Source: Vicugna vicugna (taxonomy: Eukaryota). From it: a stretch of DNA of 64,000 bases. Positions 39,940 through 53,250 of the stretch are shown piece after piece. A program made the position numbers and the translations under genes. The notes beneath the pieces are model-generated. The model made no database searches. It was not told the origin of the DNA and was given only the letters and a program-made list of their open reading frames with translations. The stretch lies in NCBI GenBank assembly GCA_013265495.1, contig MU058584.1:1028616-1092615 (forward strand), read 5' to 3'. Numbering within the stretch: the first letter of the stretch is position 1; each line of letters starts with the position of its first letter.

Positions 39940-40180
39940 TCCAGAAACAACAATGGAAAAATTGTCCTTTAGCAAAATCAGCTCAGTAAAGCAACACCCA
40001 GAGCTGCAAGTTTTCCTGTCAGCAATTTGCATGCAAATAACTTCTGACACCCACTTGCTAACACCAGCTTAATGCAGACATATGGGAGGATATTGAAGTA
40101 AAGAGCTGCCCTTTCAGATGGCAGCAATTATTATTACATTTCCAGGAACTCCTTTCTCTGTTCCCATAGCAACTCAGATC
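39940..40180. promoter_or_regulatory. Candidate enhancer: paired SOX site, double octamer and X-box
   Basis: ACAATG-N4-AATTGT (39950-39965), ATTTGCATGCAAAT (40025-40038), GTTCCCATAGCAAC (40160-40173). Confidence 0.4.
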
Positions 40181-41500
40181 AAATTAGCTTTACCAACACC
40201 GAACAGGTTTAGTTTGGAGAGCGAGTGGTGGGTCCGTCCTTGAGGAGAAATAACTAGTTGGCTGCACAATCTATTTATTTCATCCTACTCACATTGTATA
40301 AAATTTATTGGAGTTTGTGGGGGTAAAAATGGTGTTTTCTAGTTCAGGCTGCGTATATTCTGGTTTTGTAAAAATGTAAGTCTTTTAATCTGTAGTCAAT
40401 TAAACATGAATGTGAAGGGTCCTGACTCAGAGGCTCCGATCCACCTTCTCAATGCCCCTATCAGAGGAGAGACTATGAAAGAAAGGAGTTGCTCGTTACA
40501 CTAAATAGAAAGTGAGTGATGACCATGCCACACACGCCTACAGCCACCCACACCCCGGTGCACACACAGGCGGGGTGAAGTGGAGGGGGGCAGAGACGGA
40601 CCAGCTTGCTGCAGAGGGCTTTGCCACCATCTCACCAGCACATCGGGAAGCTGCTAAATTGCATTAGTGGAGACGGAATACAAATATCTCTCCCTTATTC
40701 TGTCACTGATTAAACTGCCATAGTTTTAATTTCATTTCTTTGGAGCCCGGAGGACTTTCTGACCTATGAGAGCCCCTGCTCCTGCTGCAAGTGCATCTGA
40801 GAAGGGAGATGCCACGTTGGACACGGGTCACGACTGGAAGCCTAAAGACTGTTCTGACTTTGGCTTCTGACTGAGGAGCTGTGTGACCTTTAGGGAGTCA
40901 GCTCTTTTCTAGGTCCCCTGCAAGATGGAAAGATAAGAACTGATCTGTCTAGACTACCTCCTGATGGGTCATAATATCCCTTGACTATAAAACAGCAAAT
41001 CTTACAGTTGAGATGATGAGGGCAAAGCATTCATTCTTCTGGGTGAAGAAATGAAGTGAAAGATTCCACACTATCCCTTCTGTCTCTTTCCCCTGCTCCT
41101 CTTTCTCTAACCAAAATCTCTTCCTCTACTCCCAACTGGACAGCAAAAACTCCCCTATCTACCAGCAGAAGCAGACTTAACTGAGGAGATGTGTGTGGAG
41201 GAGGGGTGACTAAGAACATGTGGACTCCAGCTTAAAATGCTCTGCTGTGTGGCTTGCTGATACTAAATGGTGTGAGTGTGGGTGTAGATCTGTCATTTGG
41301 GCTTCCTTGGTCACTGGCTAAGACAGCAGGTTTCCTGTCTGTTTTATTCCTGTCTCAGCATGGATCTAGAAGGAGCTATTTAACTTTCCCCCCCGAAATC
41401 TTAAATAGGTTTATGCTTCCTCTGGAAACTCAGTTTTACTGTTAGCCTGTACTTGGAATCCATGATTTGAAACTGACATGTGAGTTAAACATTCTCCTAA

Positions 41501-42135
41501 TGTTACCAAAGCAAACTTGGGTCTGCTTGCCCGATGCCCACCACAACCAATCTACTGATGCTGGACTGTGGTGAAGGAAAGTACAGTGTTTATTGCAAGG
41601 GGACCAAGCAAGGAGAAGGGCAGCTCATGCTCAAAACCCCAAATTCTCCCCTCCCCATGGCTTTCAGGGAAGGATTTTTAAAGGTAGCATTAGGGGTAAT
41701 GATTTTAGAGTGCCAGATCAGCTTTGGAGATTTCTCTGATTGACTGATGGTGAGGTAACAGGGTGATATTTCAGAAGTTAACATCATCGACCTTCTGGTT
41801 CCAGCTGGTCTGGGGTCTAGATGCTAGTGGTCAGCATGCAGTTAACTTCTTCCACCTGGTGGGGGTTTCAGTATCTGCAAAACAACTCAAGGATATTACC
41901 CATAGCCCTTGAGGAGGTGCTGAAGTTTCCTGACTTTGCTTAATGGAGAACCTATTATTATTTTGTCTGGCTTGACTATTTTCCTTTGTTTCTGCATTTT
42001 CTCACTTCTCTGATTAAATTTGCTTTTTGGAACTGAGGGAAAGCCTAGGAGGCTAAAACTTTTCTACAAACAAGAGTTGGGGGACACAGTGGGGTCTGGA
42101 CCCTGAAAGGCCCTGAAGAGTTGTGCGCTATTTCA
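41501..42135 (-). mobile_element. Full-length ERV1-class solo LTR (~635 bp)
   Basis: TG...CA termini (tgttacc...atttca), AATAAA on the minus strand near 41590, 4-bp flanks ctaa / gtaa. Confidence 0.82.
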
Positions 42136-45100
42136 GTAACAAGTAACTCAGGGCAGACTGAAAACCAAAATGACCTGTTTCATAACAAAGTAAGCCAATG
42201 CAGTAACAGGATTCAGTAAAATCTTCTATATGCATAGTTCACTGTGTTTGTATGTATACTCCTAGGTCTAGCACAGTGAATCAAGCTCTGGTCCTCACCT
42301 GCATTTCTGCTTAAAGGGATGGGGGAGGGGCTGAGGGGCTGGGGAGACACAGTTCCTTTCTTCGTTTGAGCCTCACGGCAGACTTTCAAGACTGTGCTTT
42401 TCTTCAGCCTCAAGGAAGTTCAGGGTACTCAGAAAACTAGGTCACAAATTGCTTCCATCTCTTAGAAGAAAGGAGTTAAATGACAGTGTTGTTCTCCCTG
42501 CTCCTCTTATCCAGAGATAACGGTGAATATGTGCTGCTTCAGAGGAGTAGTTATGAATGTGTGAAAGTCTACTGTGATTCAGTGCCAGTGCACATTAGTC
42601 AAAGCCCTTTACGGGAGCTGAAGCTTGCGCTGTCCTTGAAGCCCCAAACCCCCAGATCTTGAAACTGAACAGATAATGAAATAAATCACAGTCATCCTGT
42701 GAGTCAGAGGCAGAGAGGCTGGCAGCCTTGGGAGTGATCCCGGCACTTACGGTCTGAAAAGAGACCTCTTCCACAGCTATGGGGTGGAGAAGCCCTTCTT
42801 CAGCCTCTCCCTCCCCCAGGAACTCTCACAGGTGCTGGCACCACCCCAGTATAATGAGCACCCCCCAATAACGCAAGTGAAGCAACTCTCATCCATGAGA
42901 TTTTGATATAGCTTAAGAACATATCACAGCCCACTTTAGAGCCCTAGTTTGGGAAAATTTCCTGTGTGGGAGAAGTTAAGTGACTTATAAAGGTGAAGGA
43001 GGAAGGGGATGGTGAAATGACTTAATCACCTTCCTCCTTCCACTCCTGCATAAAGGAGCAGTAACTGGCTGCTGAGCAGAGAGGCCAAGATCCTCCAGAT
43101 TACTCACTCCCTGGCCCCAGCCCCAGCTCCTGGTTACAGCTATCTTTGTAATTAGTTGTAGACAATGACAATTGTTCCCAAATCCCTGAAGGGACCCTGG
43201 AAGAAGGTCAAGTAAGTTGGGGGAGTCATGCCTTGTGGTAGGATGTGTACATCCCTGAGCAGTCCGAGTTATGCTATCTGAAAAGCCAGGTTGCTGTTTG
43301 CAAGCAGGAGCAGAATGTAGCAGACTTGGCAGATCACACAGCCATGGCATTGGGCCTTGGTGAATTAGGTAGAGAAGACATGCATCGTAATGGAATAGAA
43401 GTTTATACCTTTGATTTCATCTAAAGCGTGGAAGGGAGAGAGAGATGAGCAGGAATTCTAAGCTGCTTGGAACAGCCTCAACCCAACACCGCAAGGGTGG
43501 GCGAGGAGATAGATTGATCACTTCCTTTACTTTCATGGGAGACATTTAGGGGCAGCCAGTGTTCCTGATCTAATACCAACCAGGCGCCTGAGAAGGTTTA
43601 AGAGGGCCTTTTTCCAAAGTAAACCACCCACTGTGAGTGGGAACTTTAATGACATCTTTCTTGGGCATCACCAAGGCAGTTTAGCCTGGGGTGGAGGGAC
43701 ACGGTGTGATGAAGGGAATGCAAATTCTGACTTTGGAAACAAGTACCCACATAGGACAGAACTGGCCCCTTCACCCCATTCCTCAAAGCCATCTGGCTGT
43801 GGAATGTTCTAAGCCAATACAAATTAGTGTTCTAATGCAAATCTTACAGGATACTGAGTTCAAGAGGTCTCCTGGCTACTTTAAGTGCAGCCACCATTTA
43901 CTCAGTAACCTGAGTAAATCACATAATTTTCTGAAACTATCTATAAAGCATAAAGGTGGAAGATTAGAACAGAGCTAAAAACCTTATCACTTATAATATT
44001 CTATATACCTGTTGCAACCCCCTATAATTTCTCACCACCATTAAATTCAATTAAGTAAAAGTGCTCAATATTTCTTCCTTCTTTGTTTTTTTTTTTTTTC
44101 TCTTAAAGAATCCTGTTATAGAACTTAATGATCAAAACGGATGCCAGGAAGAAAAATGGTAGCAACAGTGGAGTAGATAATTCCCTGTGTAAAAAACATA
44201 AAAATAAAAAAAATTACCCAAATCAAAAAGGCAAAGGGGGATGAATGGCATCATTGCCATTGTTCAAGTAGGATGCTGGAGGATGTCAGAAGGTCATCCG
44301 TTGCACCACCAGGACCACTTGCAACATTTCCCTCTGTGAACCCCAATCTCTTGTTGGGCTTTTCCCCTAGATGGTGCTTCCTCCTCCCCGACCTACGTGC
44401 ATTTGTTCTCCGCCCTGCTTCATCTACAAATCTGTTCTCCATTTTTCCCTGCACAGATCTTCCTTCAGACTAAAGGATGTGCATCAGAAGTTCACTCCCT
44501 GCAGAGGGCTTTGCAACTTAACCTTGTCTGAGTCCTAGGAAGCTCATTGCAGGAGTAGACCCACATATTGGGCATGGGCGCCTCCACAGAAATCTCCCTC
44601 ATTCCAGCCAAATCCTCCCCATTCCGGCTAAATTCCTCCCATTCCAATCTTGCCAAGAGCCATGTAGTCAAACCATGAGTCCAGGGTGGGGGCTGTTTTA
44701 TCACCAAGGATTCTACTGAGAAGTCAGAAAGACTACGTTGCCTTCCAGACCAGTTCTCTTAAGCTGAGAGGACATTCTTTGATCTCTGGTCAACGTTATT
44801 GCTTTGGCACCTTCTACCTCAAAAGGAAAATTGCTGACTTGGAGGCTCTCCATTTTCCAAAGGCTGGAGGTGCTCCTCTTTTTAATGTCGTTAAATGTGT
44901 GTTTGAAGAACCCTGGAAATTCACGGCTCTGAAGAGTCAGATTGCCCGTGCTCTTCCTCCTGTCTTGCAAGTTGTGTGCTCTGCCCACCTTTTTTCTCTG
45001 TGTGTGTCATCTCTTAGTGGGCTTTCTGGAGTCACGGTGAAGGCACATTTTTTAAGTACTTGCCAAGTCTCCCTTCAAGAACAGGTTGCATCAAAGGCAA

Positions 45101-45599
45101 AGTTGTCGGTGAAGTAAGAAAGGTGGCTTCTGGAGAGAACTGAACACAGTTCACAGGGCTTCTTGCTCATGACGGAGCTAACGTAGAGCTCCACAGAGCA
45201 AGGAGTACCTCGCTTTTTCCAGTGCCCCACCACCCAAGCTTTATACTCTTCTTCGAACTGTTCTCATAGTCCCACACTTTATAGTCATAAACTTCACAGC
45301 CGTGAGCACTGGCATTTTTTCAAGAAGCTTTTGACATTTTGCCTAATCCTCACCATCATGTCTCCTAGTGTTCTTGCCTGTTAATCATCATGACTCCTTT
45401 ACCCTCACCCCCATCGTATTCCAGGAGAGCGGAGGGAAACACATATCAAACCTCAGATGTTCTTTCATATTAATACTTATTGGCCATGGCTCCCCCACAT
45501 TTATAAGGCATTGCTCTGGCCTGCCAAAGAGCTCATACGCAGCTGGAGAAGGCTGACATAAAAAAAAAATGACCAAGTAATGTGGTAAGTGCAAGTGGG

Positions 45600-45860
45600 G
45601 TAGATGCTCCTCTATCATGGAGCAATGAGAAGCAGATCAGTCAATGGCATGTGTGCAAATGTGGAGAGAGTCAGAAGTAACAGAGCTGGGGGAGGCAGAG
45701 AGTGGATGCTGGTTAGAGAAAACCATCAGTAAAGACAGAGCAAGAGTTGAATTTTGAAGGTTTAAAAGAAAAAAAAACTTGTCAGGCAGGAAGAACATTT
45801 CAGCCAGAGGAAACAGCATATGCAAAGAAGTTGAAATAGCACTGCAGATGTTCAGGAAGC
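45600..45860 (-). mobile_element. L2 fragment
   Basis: gagttgaattttgaagg...aagaacatttcagccagaggaaacagcatatgcaaag. Confidence 0.65.
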
Positions 45861-46031
45861 CACAAAAAGCACAGCCTAGCTAGAGGGTAGGGTTTGGTGT
45901 GGGATGGGAGAGGGAGGCAGGAGACCATCTGCCCAGGATTGCAGAAGTAAGCAGTAACCAGGCTGGGAAGGAAAGTGACGCTGTGGTGGGAAGATTTAAA
46001 GATATCCAGGATCTTGTGGGTCTGATCAAAG

Positions 46032-46092
46032 TGAGTGAGCGAGACAGAGAGAGAGAGACAGAGACAGACAGAGAGTGACAGAGAGAGAGACT
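46032..46092. repeat. (GA)n/(GACA)n microsatellite
   Basis: gagacagagagagagagacagagacagacagagag. Confidence 0.9.
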
Positions 46093-46143
46093 TAGAAAGA
46101 ACTGGGCTGACAGACTTTGGTGCTGTAACAAGATTCCTCTGAA

Positions 46144-46310
46144 TCAGAGGTTTTCAAGGGATAGTCCCTAGACCAGCAGAATTAGCATCACTGGGAACTT
46201 TCTAGAAAGGCAAGTTTTCATCCCCCACACCAGACTTGCTGAAGCAAAAACGCTGGGATTGGCATTGCTTGGATGATTCCAACGTGGGGTCAAATTTGAG
46301 AACCACTGGT
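46144..46310. mobile_element. MER5A-like DNA transposon
   Basis: cagaggttttcaa...tagaccagcag...tagcatcactgggaact...aaatttgagaaccactg. Confidence 0.8.
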
Positions 46311-47389
46311 CCAAATCAGACAGTTCCTCTTAAAGTTCGGATGGGACAGGCAGATAACGAGGCAACTGGAGAGGTCAAATAGAACACAAAGCTCACTCTA
46401 TTTGCTCATTTAAGGACCAAGTTATAGAATTCTTCCTTAAGTGATTTAAAAATCAGGCAAGAGGTTTTCTTGAGGAAAAAGTAATTTGAATGATGAGTGC
46501 AAGTTAGACAGACAAAGAAGGGGAGTATTTCATAGATAAATCCACAGATCAACAGGTTAATAGATACGTTCAAAAAACAAATAAATCAACACTTTAAACA
46601 AAACTCTATGGAGCCTCTATCATGAGCGATACTCTCTCCCAGGTGCAAGAGAAGCAGAAAGTAAAACATGTCTTCAAGAAATAAATCAGGGAGCACTCAG
46701 ACATCTGCAATTCTCCCTTGTTAATACTTATCCAGATACAGTGGAAAATTTCTGTCTAGTGCCCTAATCCTTCTTTGGAATAAAACAGCACAGATTTGGT
46801 CCGTGGAATCTTTGGGTGCCTGTTCTTTCACCTGGACGTGGGGTTGGTGAGGGAGGCGCTGGCCATTCTCCATGTGAGAGTCCTCGCACGTGTGGGTGGC
46901 TGGTTGGCAGCAGCTGCTGCAAAGAAAATCATTACTTTACAGAAATGGAAACCTATTTCCTCCAAGGCTTAATCAAGACAAAAACAATCTAAATCCCATT
47001 AAAACACATTTGATCAATTCTCCCCTGTGTTCTCTCGTGGGGAAGATGGATTATCTCAGTCCCTCTCCTTCACCCCTTCCTGGAGCCATGCCAGATCTTC
47101 TTCTCTCTTCATATGCAGCCATGGGAGAAGCTTTTTTTTTTTTTTTTTTCATAAAATCAGGAGTTGCTATGCAGTCACTAGGTGATCTTGATGAGACCTG
47201 GAATAGAGAATGGTGAAGGAAAAAATATTGCATAGGTGAAATCCCATGGTCACAGGAGGTGGCTGTAAGATTGACTATAAAAGAAAGCCATTCCTGTGCT
47301 CCCATAGATGACTCTCCTGTTCTGTTTTTGTTTTTTTGCAAAGCATTTTCTGAGATAATTAAATCCATAAATCTTTCTCTTTTTCTTGG

Positions 47390-47950
47390 ACAAATCTAAT
47401 TCAGGTTAGTATAGCATTTACTATGTCTAAGATATTTGTCCAGGTCCTAAGAGGAATATAAATTTTAAATAAATAAGACAAGATCTTGCCTCTAAGAAGA
47501 TTACCATGTAGTACCTGAAGGTACTTATAAATATGCTAACCACAGACTGAGGCCAAATGTAATAGGTACTAAACAGAAGTGTAAAGCAATACTACTGGGG
47601 CAAAATGCTTTATAATATTGGGAAAAATTAAGGAAGACTTCCTGGGAGAGGTGGCATTTGAGATGGTTTTGAAAAGTAGAGATTGGGGAAATAAAAACGG
47701 AGTATGACAAGAGGGAAGAAGGCATTGCAATTGAAGGAAATAATATGAAAAATCACAAAGTCATGAAACCTGTAACATTTTAGGGAAAGTGAGTAGTGAG
47801 ACAGCATAACACAGCAGCTGGAAGGGTAAAGAGGGAAATGAGGTGTGGAAGGGCAGTTGGGCTCAGAGTCAGGTAGATCTTGAAGGCTATGTGTTTGCAT
47901 TAAACTGGAAGTAAGAGTTTGCACTAAACATTTATAATCTTGAGAATGAG
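47390..47950 (-). mobile_element. L2 fragment
   Basis: agcatttactatgt...ttgcctctaagaagattac...aggaagacttcctgggagaggtggcatttgag...gtagatcttgaaggc. Confidence 0.75.
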
Positions 47951-48795
47951 ACTAGAAATACATTTTGGTGTTTTTGTCTGTTTTTGTTTTTTTGCACGGA
48001 AGTTAATAGGTTGGGCTCTGGAACATACTTCTTGGTTCTAGAAAATTTCGTTTAGTCCATGCACCCCTTTCCAGAGCCAACACTCCATTTGTCTCTGTAA
48101 TAAAAGGTATCTGTTCTCCCCCTCAGAGAGTTTGGTGGGGGGAGCTTGGCAGTGGGGACTTCTGTTAATCATTTTCATTTTCCACTTGCTATAGGAAGAA
48201 TCCTCCTTTTTTGCTTGCTAATTCACTTCAGAGAAACAGACTGGTCCCCAGCTGTTGCAAAACAAGAACGTGATTCCTAGAAATGTAACCATTAAAACAA
48301 AATTTTATTATATGGAGTTTGAGCAGCATCTGACCTTCCTTCTCATTTCTGCAAGCTGAGATTCCAAGCTCCAGGATTCACAGTCTCCATGTGATACTCC
48401 TTCCACGTGTGCATAGTCTGGTTGCTAAGCCACGGGGAGAGCACAGCCTAATGCAGTTTTCAAAAGATCAATTATTGTTTATCCAGTTTTGTATCTGTGC
48501 CCTTCTAAAACAGAATAAATCAAATCCTTGTCTACCAGGACCTGTATGAGGGCTAGTTGGTCCCGACTAACAAACTTTAGGGCTGCCGAGAGTAACTTTA
48601 GACAGCAGACTGAGGGTTGTTCAAACTTACTAGAAGACTTACACTGTGCTTGAACCTAAGTCTATAGAGATTTGAAGGGAAATCCATGAAACAGGGAGGA
48701 TGTAATCAAATATAAATGGAGGTGGAAATCCTTTACAGAAGTTAAAATCAGGAAACATATGATGTTGTCCTGCTTTAAAAAAATATATCATTAGT

Positions 48796-48853
48796 TGGTG
48801 GTGGTGATGGTGGTGATGGTGGTGATATGTGTGTGTGTGCGTGTGTGTGTGTG
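48796..48853. repeat. Compound (TGG/TGA)n-(TG)n microsatellite
   Basis: tggtggtggtgatggtggtgatggtggtgatatgtgtgtgtgtgcgtgtgtgtgtgtg. Confidence 0.9.
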
Positions 48854-49074
48854 ACAAAGGTCAAAGAAAGGCTATATGGTGACCAGGCTTGGAGAAGCCA
48901 ACTGCTGATGTGAAGGATTTCAGGAAGTTCTTGAGAAATATATACAGTAAAGAATCCGAATCAATCAGTTAAGGCTTCTGGGAAGCTTCTAAAACAGTGG
49001 TTCTCAAACTAGCCTGAACATTAGATGTCTGGGACGGTTTCATGAAGCCCTATGCCCAACTGCCATCTATACAC

Positions 49075-49640
49075 TAAAGGGGCAGGTGTAAATTGATACA
49101 GCCACTTTTGAAAAACTTTTGGAAGTATCTGCTGAAGCTATACACATGTATCCTCTACGGTTCAACAATTCCATTCCTAGTGTTCAGTAGAAGTGCATGA
49201 CGTGTTTACCAAAAGACATGAAATATGACAGTAACATGATTGTAATCGGTCAAAACTGAAAACTAATCAAATGCCCATTGCTATAATACTAAACAACAGT
49301 AAGAAAGAACTAAATTGATATACCTGGATATGGATGACTCCTGCAAACACAATGCTAAGCAAAAGACACCAGACACACAAAGAGCTACATATTTCATGAT
49401 TCTATTTAAATAAAATTTAAAGGAGACGTAACTAACCTACACTGTTGGAAGTCAGAATGGTTACCCTGGGAAGGTATAATAGCCAGAAGGAGGAACACAA
49501 GGAGCTTCTGGGGTGCTGGTGATGCAGTTTCTTGATTTGGAAGCTGATCACAGAGGAGTGGTCACTTTATGAAAATTCATTGAGCTGGGTACTTATGATT
49601 TATTCACTTTTAAGGTATAGTATACTGGAATAAAAATTTA
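49075..49640 (+). mobile_element. L1ME-like 3' fragment
   Basis: gtgtaaattgatacagccacttttgaaaa...caattccattcctag...gggaag...gagcttctggggtgctggt...aaaattcattgagctg. Confidence 0.8.
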
Positions 49641-49649
49641 AAAATAATT

Positions 49650-51965
49650 CCAAATAGCATGGTAGAACAGACACAAAACCCAACAGAACAGAATAGAAAG
49701 CCCAGATATAGACCCACATAAATATGGTTGATTGATCTTCAACAAGAGAGCAAAAGCAATTCAATAGCGAAAGGAAAATCTTTTTAACAAACTGTGCTGG
49801 AACAAATGACAATCTACACGTAAAAAAAAAAATAAATTTAGACACAAACCTTACGCCATTCACAAAAATTAACCCCAAATAAATCGTAAAACTATAAATT
49901 TTTTTAGAAGATAGCACAGAAGAAAATCAAAGGTACCTTGGGCTTAGTTATGAAATTTTAGATTCAACACCCAATGCATGGTCCATGAAAGAAAAAATTA
50001 AGTTGGACTTTATTAAAATTAAAATATTTTGCTTTGTGAAAGACACTGTTAAGAAAATAAAACGATAAGCAACAGATTGAGATAAAACATTTGCAAAACA
50101 GGTATCTGATAAAGGACTTGTATCCAAAATGTTTAAATAACTCTTAAAACTCAGCAATTCAAAAAAAACAAACAAACAACCATATTAAAAATTGACAAAA
50201 GATCTGAACAGATACCTCACCTAAGAAGATATACAGGTAACAGATAATCATATGAAAAGATGCTCAACATAATTTTTCACTAGAGAATTGCAAATTAAAC
50301 AACAATGGGGTACCATTACACACCTGTTCAAACAGCTAAAATCTAAAAAACTGACAATGCTAAATACTGACAAGGATGCAGAACAATGGGAACTCTCGTT
50401 CATTACTGATAGGAATGAAACATGGTTCAGCCCCTTTGGAAGACAGTTTGGCAGTTTCTTACAGAATTAAGCATAGTCTTATACAACTGGGCAGTTGTGC
50501 TCCTAAATATTTACCAACTGAGTTAAAAACTTACATGCAAAAACCTGAACACACATGCTTATAGCAGATTTATTCATAATCACTAAAAACTGGAAGCACA
50601 GTATGTCCTTTAATACATGGACAGATAAACAAATTCTGGAATATTATTTAGCAACAAAAAGAAATGAGCTGTCAAGCCACAAGAAGACATGGAGGAATCC
50701 TAAATGCATATTGCTAAGTGAAAAAAGCTAGTCTGAAAGAGCTGTATACTGTATGATCCCAACTATATTACATTATGGGAAAAATAAACTATAGATATAC
50801 TAAAAAGATCAGTGTTTGCAGGGGTTCAGAGAGGGTGGGGTGAAGGGTAATGAATAGGTGAAGTACAGGGGATTTTAGGGTGATGAAGCTGTTCTGTATG
50901 ATACTGTAATTGTGAATATATGACATTATGCATTTGTTAAAATTCTTAAAACTGCACCACACAAAAAAGAGTGAACTTTAATGTGTGCAAAATTTAAAAA
51001 ACTTACTTAGGATGTTAGGCGAGTCCAGTAAAGAATGCAAACTGTGTATTACACATGCACGAAACAAACTCAGTGGGGTTCGGGGGAAAGGACCAACTTA
51101 GGTAACTTTAGGAATAAATGGAGTTTGTAAGACTAAAGGCAAAAGGAACTGCATATAAGCACTTTAGCTCGTAAAGTTGTCTCCCATGGGGGTAAAGATT
51201 AACATTTCTGAGACTGCTATACATGTATACTGGAAGTGACCGATTATAGATGGCAGATGGAGGCAGGTGGGTTTCTCACTGTTGGAGCTGGAGGTTATAA
51301 TAAAGGGAGGAGGCTGATTGGCAGCAACATAGATGAACCTAGAGATTATCATGCTAAGTGAAGTAAGTCAGAAAGAGAAAGACAAATACCATATATCACA
51401 TATATGGAGTCTAAAATACGACACAAATGAACTTACGTACAAAACAGAAACAGACTCAAAGATAGAAAACAGTCATATGGTTATCAAAGAGGAAAGGGGA
51501 TGGGAGAGGGATAAATTAGGAGTTTGGGATTAGCAGATACAAACTACTATATATAAAATAGATAAACAGCAAGGTCCTGCTGTATAGCACAGGGAACTAT
51601 ATTTAATATCCTATAATAAATCATAATGGAAAAGAATATGAAAAAATGTAAATATATTTATAACTTAATACTTTGCTGTACACCAGAAACTGACACAATA
51701 TTGTAAATCAACTATACTTCAATTAAAAAAAAAAAAGGAAAGAGGCTAGAATCGTTCATAAGGTAACAGATTAGAGTTGGAGACATTATAACTCATGTAT
51801 AAGCTAATATATGGATCAAGTGGTTCATTAACTGGAATAAATACATTAATGAACGAGGTTAATATTAGGGAAAAACGGGGGGTTGGGGTGCATAGGAACT
51901 CTGTACTAACAGCTCAACTTTTTTGTAAATCTAAATAGCTCAAAAACTAAAGTCAATTTTAAAAA
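49650..51965 (+). mobile_element. L1MC/MD-like element (ORF2 end and long 3' UTR), interrupted by a younger L1
   Basis: cagaatagaaagcccagatatagacccaca...gcaaaacaggtatctgataaaggacttgtatcc...tgaaaagatgctcaacat...ggaactctgtact. Confidence 0.88.
51316..51736 (+). mobile_element. Young 5'-truncated L1 with poly(A) and 14-bp TSD
   Basis: gcagcaacatagatgaacctagag...tatagcacagggaactatatt...ttgtaaatcaactatacttcaatt(A)n; TSD aaagggaggaggct (51302-51315) / aaaggaaagaggct (51734-51747). Confidence 0.92.
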
Positions 51966-52009
51966 AGACTCTAAAAATCAAAGTCTACTAATAAAAAAAA
52001 TCTTTATAA

Positions 52010-52306
52010 TGATAGGTGAGTAGACTTCACTATCAGTTGAAGGCTTTAAGAGCAAAAATAGAGATTTCTTAAAGAAGTTCTGCTTCAAGACTATTGCATA
52101 GAAATCCTGCGTGAGTTTCCAGCCTACTGAGCCGGATTTTGGACAGACTGCAGCATCAACTCTTAACTAAATTTCCAGCCTGCAGATTTTGGACTTGACA
52201 CACCCCACAATCATGTAAGCCTATTTCTTAAATGTCTCTTTCTGTTTCTTCCCCTTCCCCTGCCACCCCTAATAGTCCTGTTTCCCTGGAGAATCCTGAC
52301 TGATAT
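52010..52306 (+). mobile_element. MLT2 (ERVL) LTR, 3' part
   Basis: tcagttgaaggctttaagagcaaaa...ccagcctgcagattttggacttg...ccccacaatcatgtaagcc...ctgtttccctggagaatcctgactgata. Confidence 0.85.
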
Positions 52307-52479
52307 ACCCCTTGAGCCCTCTTAAGACCAAGGCTCAGAACTGAAACATGGTCAAATAGTCAAGCACAAAGAGGAAGGCAGGGTAATACTGTCTGTCTGC
52401 CCATAATGAGGATATAGCAAAGGCATGGACGCAGGGAGGGAGGAATAACTGAGGCCAATAATGCAATCTCCTGTGCTAG

Positions 52480-53250
52480 GGAAGAATTTCTTTTTGCAGA
52501 AGCAATACTTATGTTTGAGACCTAAAAAATGAGTAGCAGTCATTCCAGAAAGAAAAGGGAGAGGAAAATTTCAAGCAGCAAACATAAGGTGGGCAAAGGC
52601 TTGAGGAGAGAAAGAGTAGGGGTACATGTCAAGGGACAAGTGGTTACTAGGAGAAGTGGGGAAGGATGCTGGTGATGCCACAGTGCATGGCATCAGAGTA
52701 AGATTTCAGACTTTATTCTAACTGTAAAAGAAGCCATGGACATGTTTTATGTTTTAAGCACAATAGTGAGATGATAAACTTGCATTAACATCTTTTTTCA
52801 CTCTAGCTGTTATATGGAAATTATATAGCGGGAGAGCATAAGATTATGTTGCAATAAGAAACTATTGTAATAGTCCAGGCAAGAGATAACTTTTTTTTTA
52901 AGACTGAGTGGTTGTAATAAAGAAGAATATTTATATAATAAGTAAAGAATTTATATATATATTTAATTCTTTATTTATTATATAAATATTCTTATTTATA
53001 CAATAATTTATTATATAAATATTATATAAATATATTTATTTATAGTTATTATATAAATATTCTTATTTATTATATAAGCATTATATAATAAATATTCTTA
53101 TTTATATAATAAATAAATTAATTAATTAATAAGAATATTTATATAATATATATATTGTAGATAAAATTAAATAGAACTTGGTACTCCTGGATGGAGATGT
53201 CATTTACTGAGAAGGAAAACATCAGAAGAGAATCAAGTTTGGGAGAGATC
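52480..53250 (-). mobile_element. L2 fragment carrying an AT-rich expansion
   Basis: gactttattctaa...gaagccatgga...ctattgtaatagtccaggcaagagat; resumes as gatggagatgtcatttactgaga. Confidence 0.7.
52921..53157. repeat. AT-rich palindromic / low-complexity repeat
   Basis: The unit aagaatatttatataata occurs in both orientations; 29-bp inverted arms at 52923-52951 and 52965-52993. Confidence 0.9.

Noticed and set aside
21244..42135. Two same-orientation related LTRs as the ends of one provirus
   Set aside because: They are 20 kb apart, clearly diverged, separated by much older MIR/MLT/MER5 repeats, and the second has its own TSD-like flanks; independent insertions.
44686..45117. Longest ORF in the track (143 aa)
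   Set aside because: Non-ATG start, no recognisable protein, length within chance expectation for 64 kb.
48639..48857. His/Thr-rich ORF
   Set aside because: Translation of a compound microsatellite.
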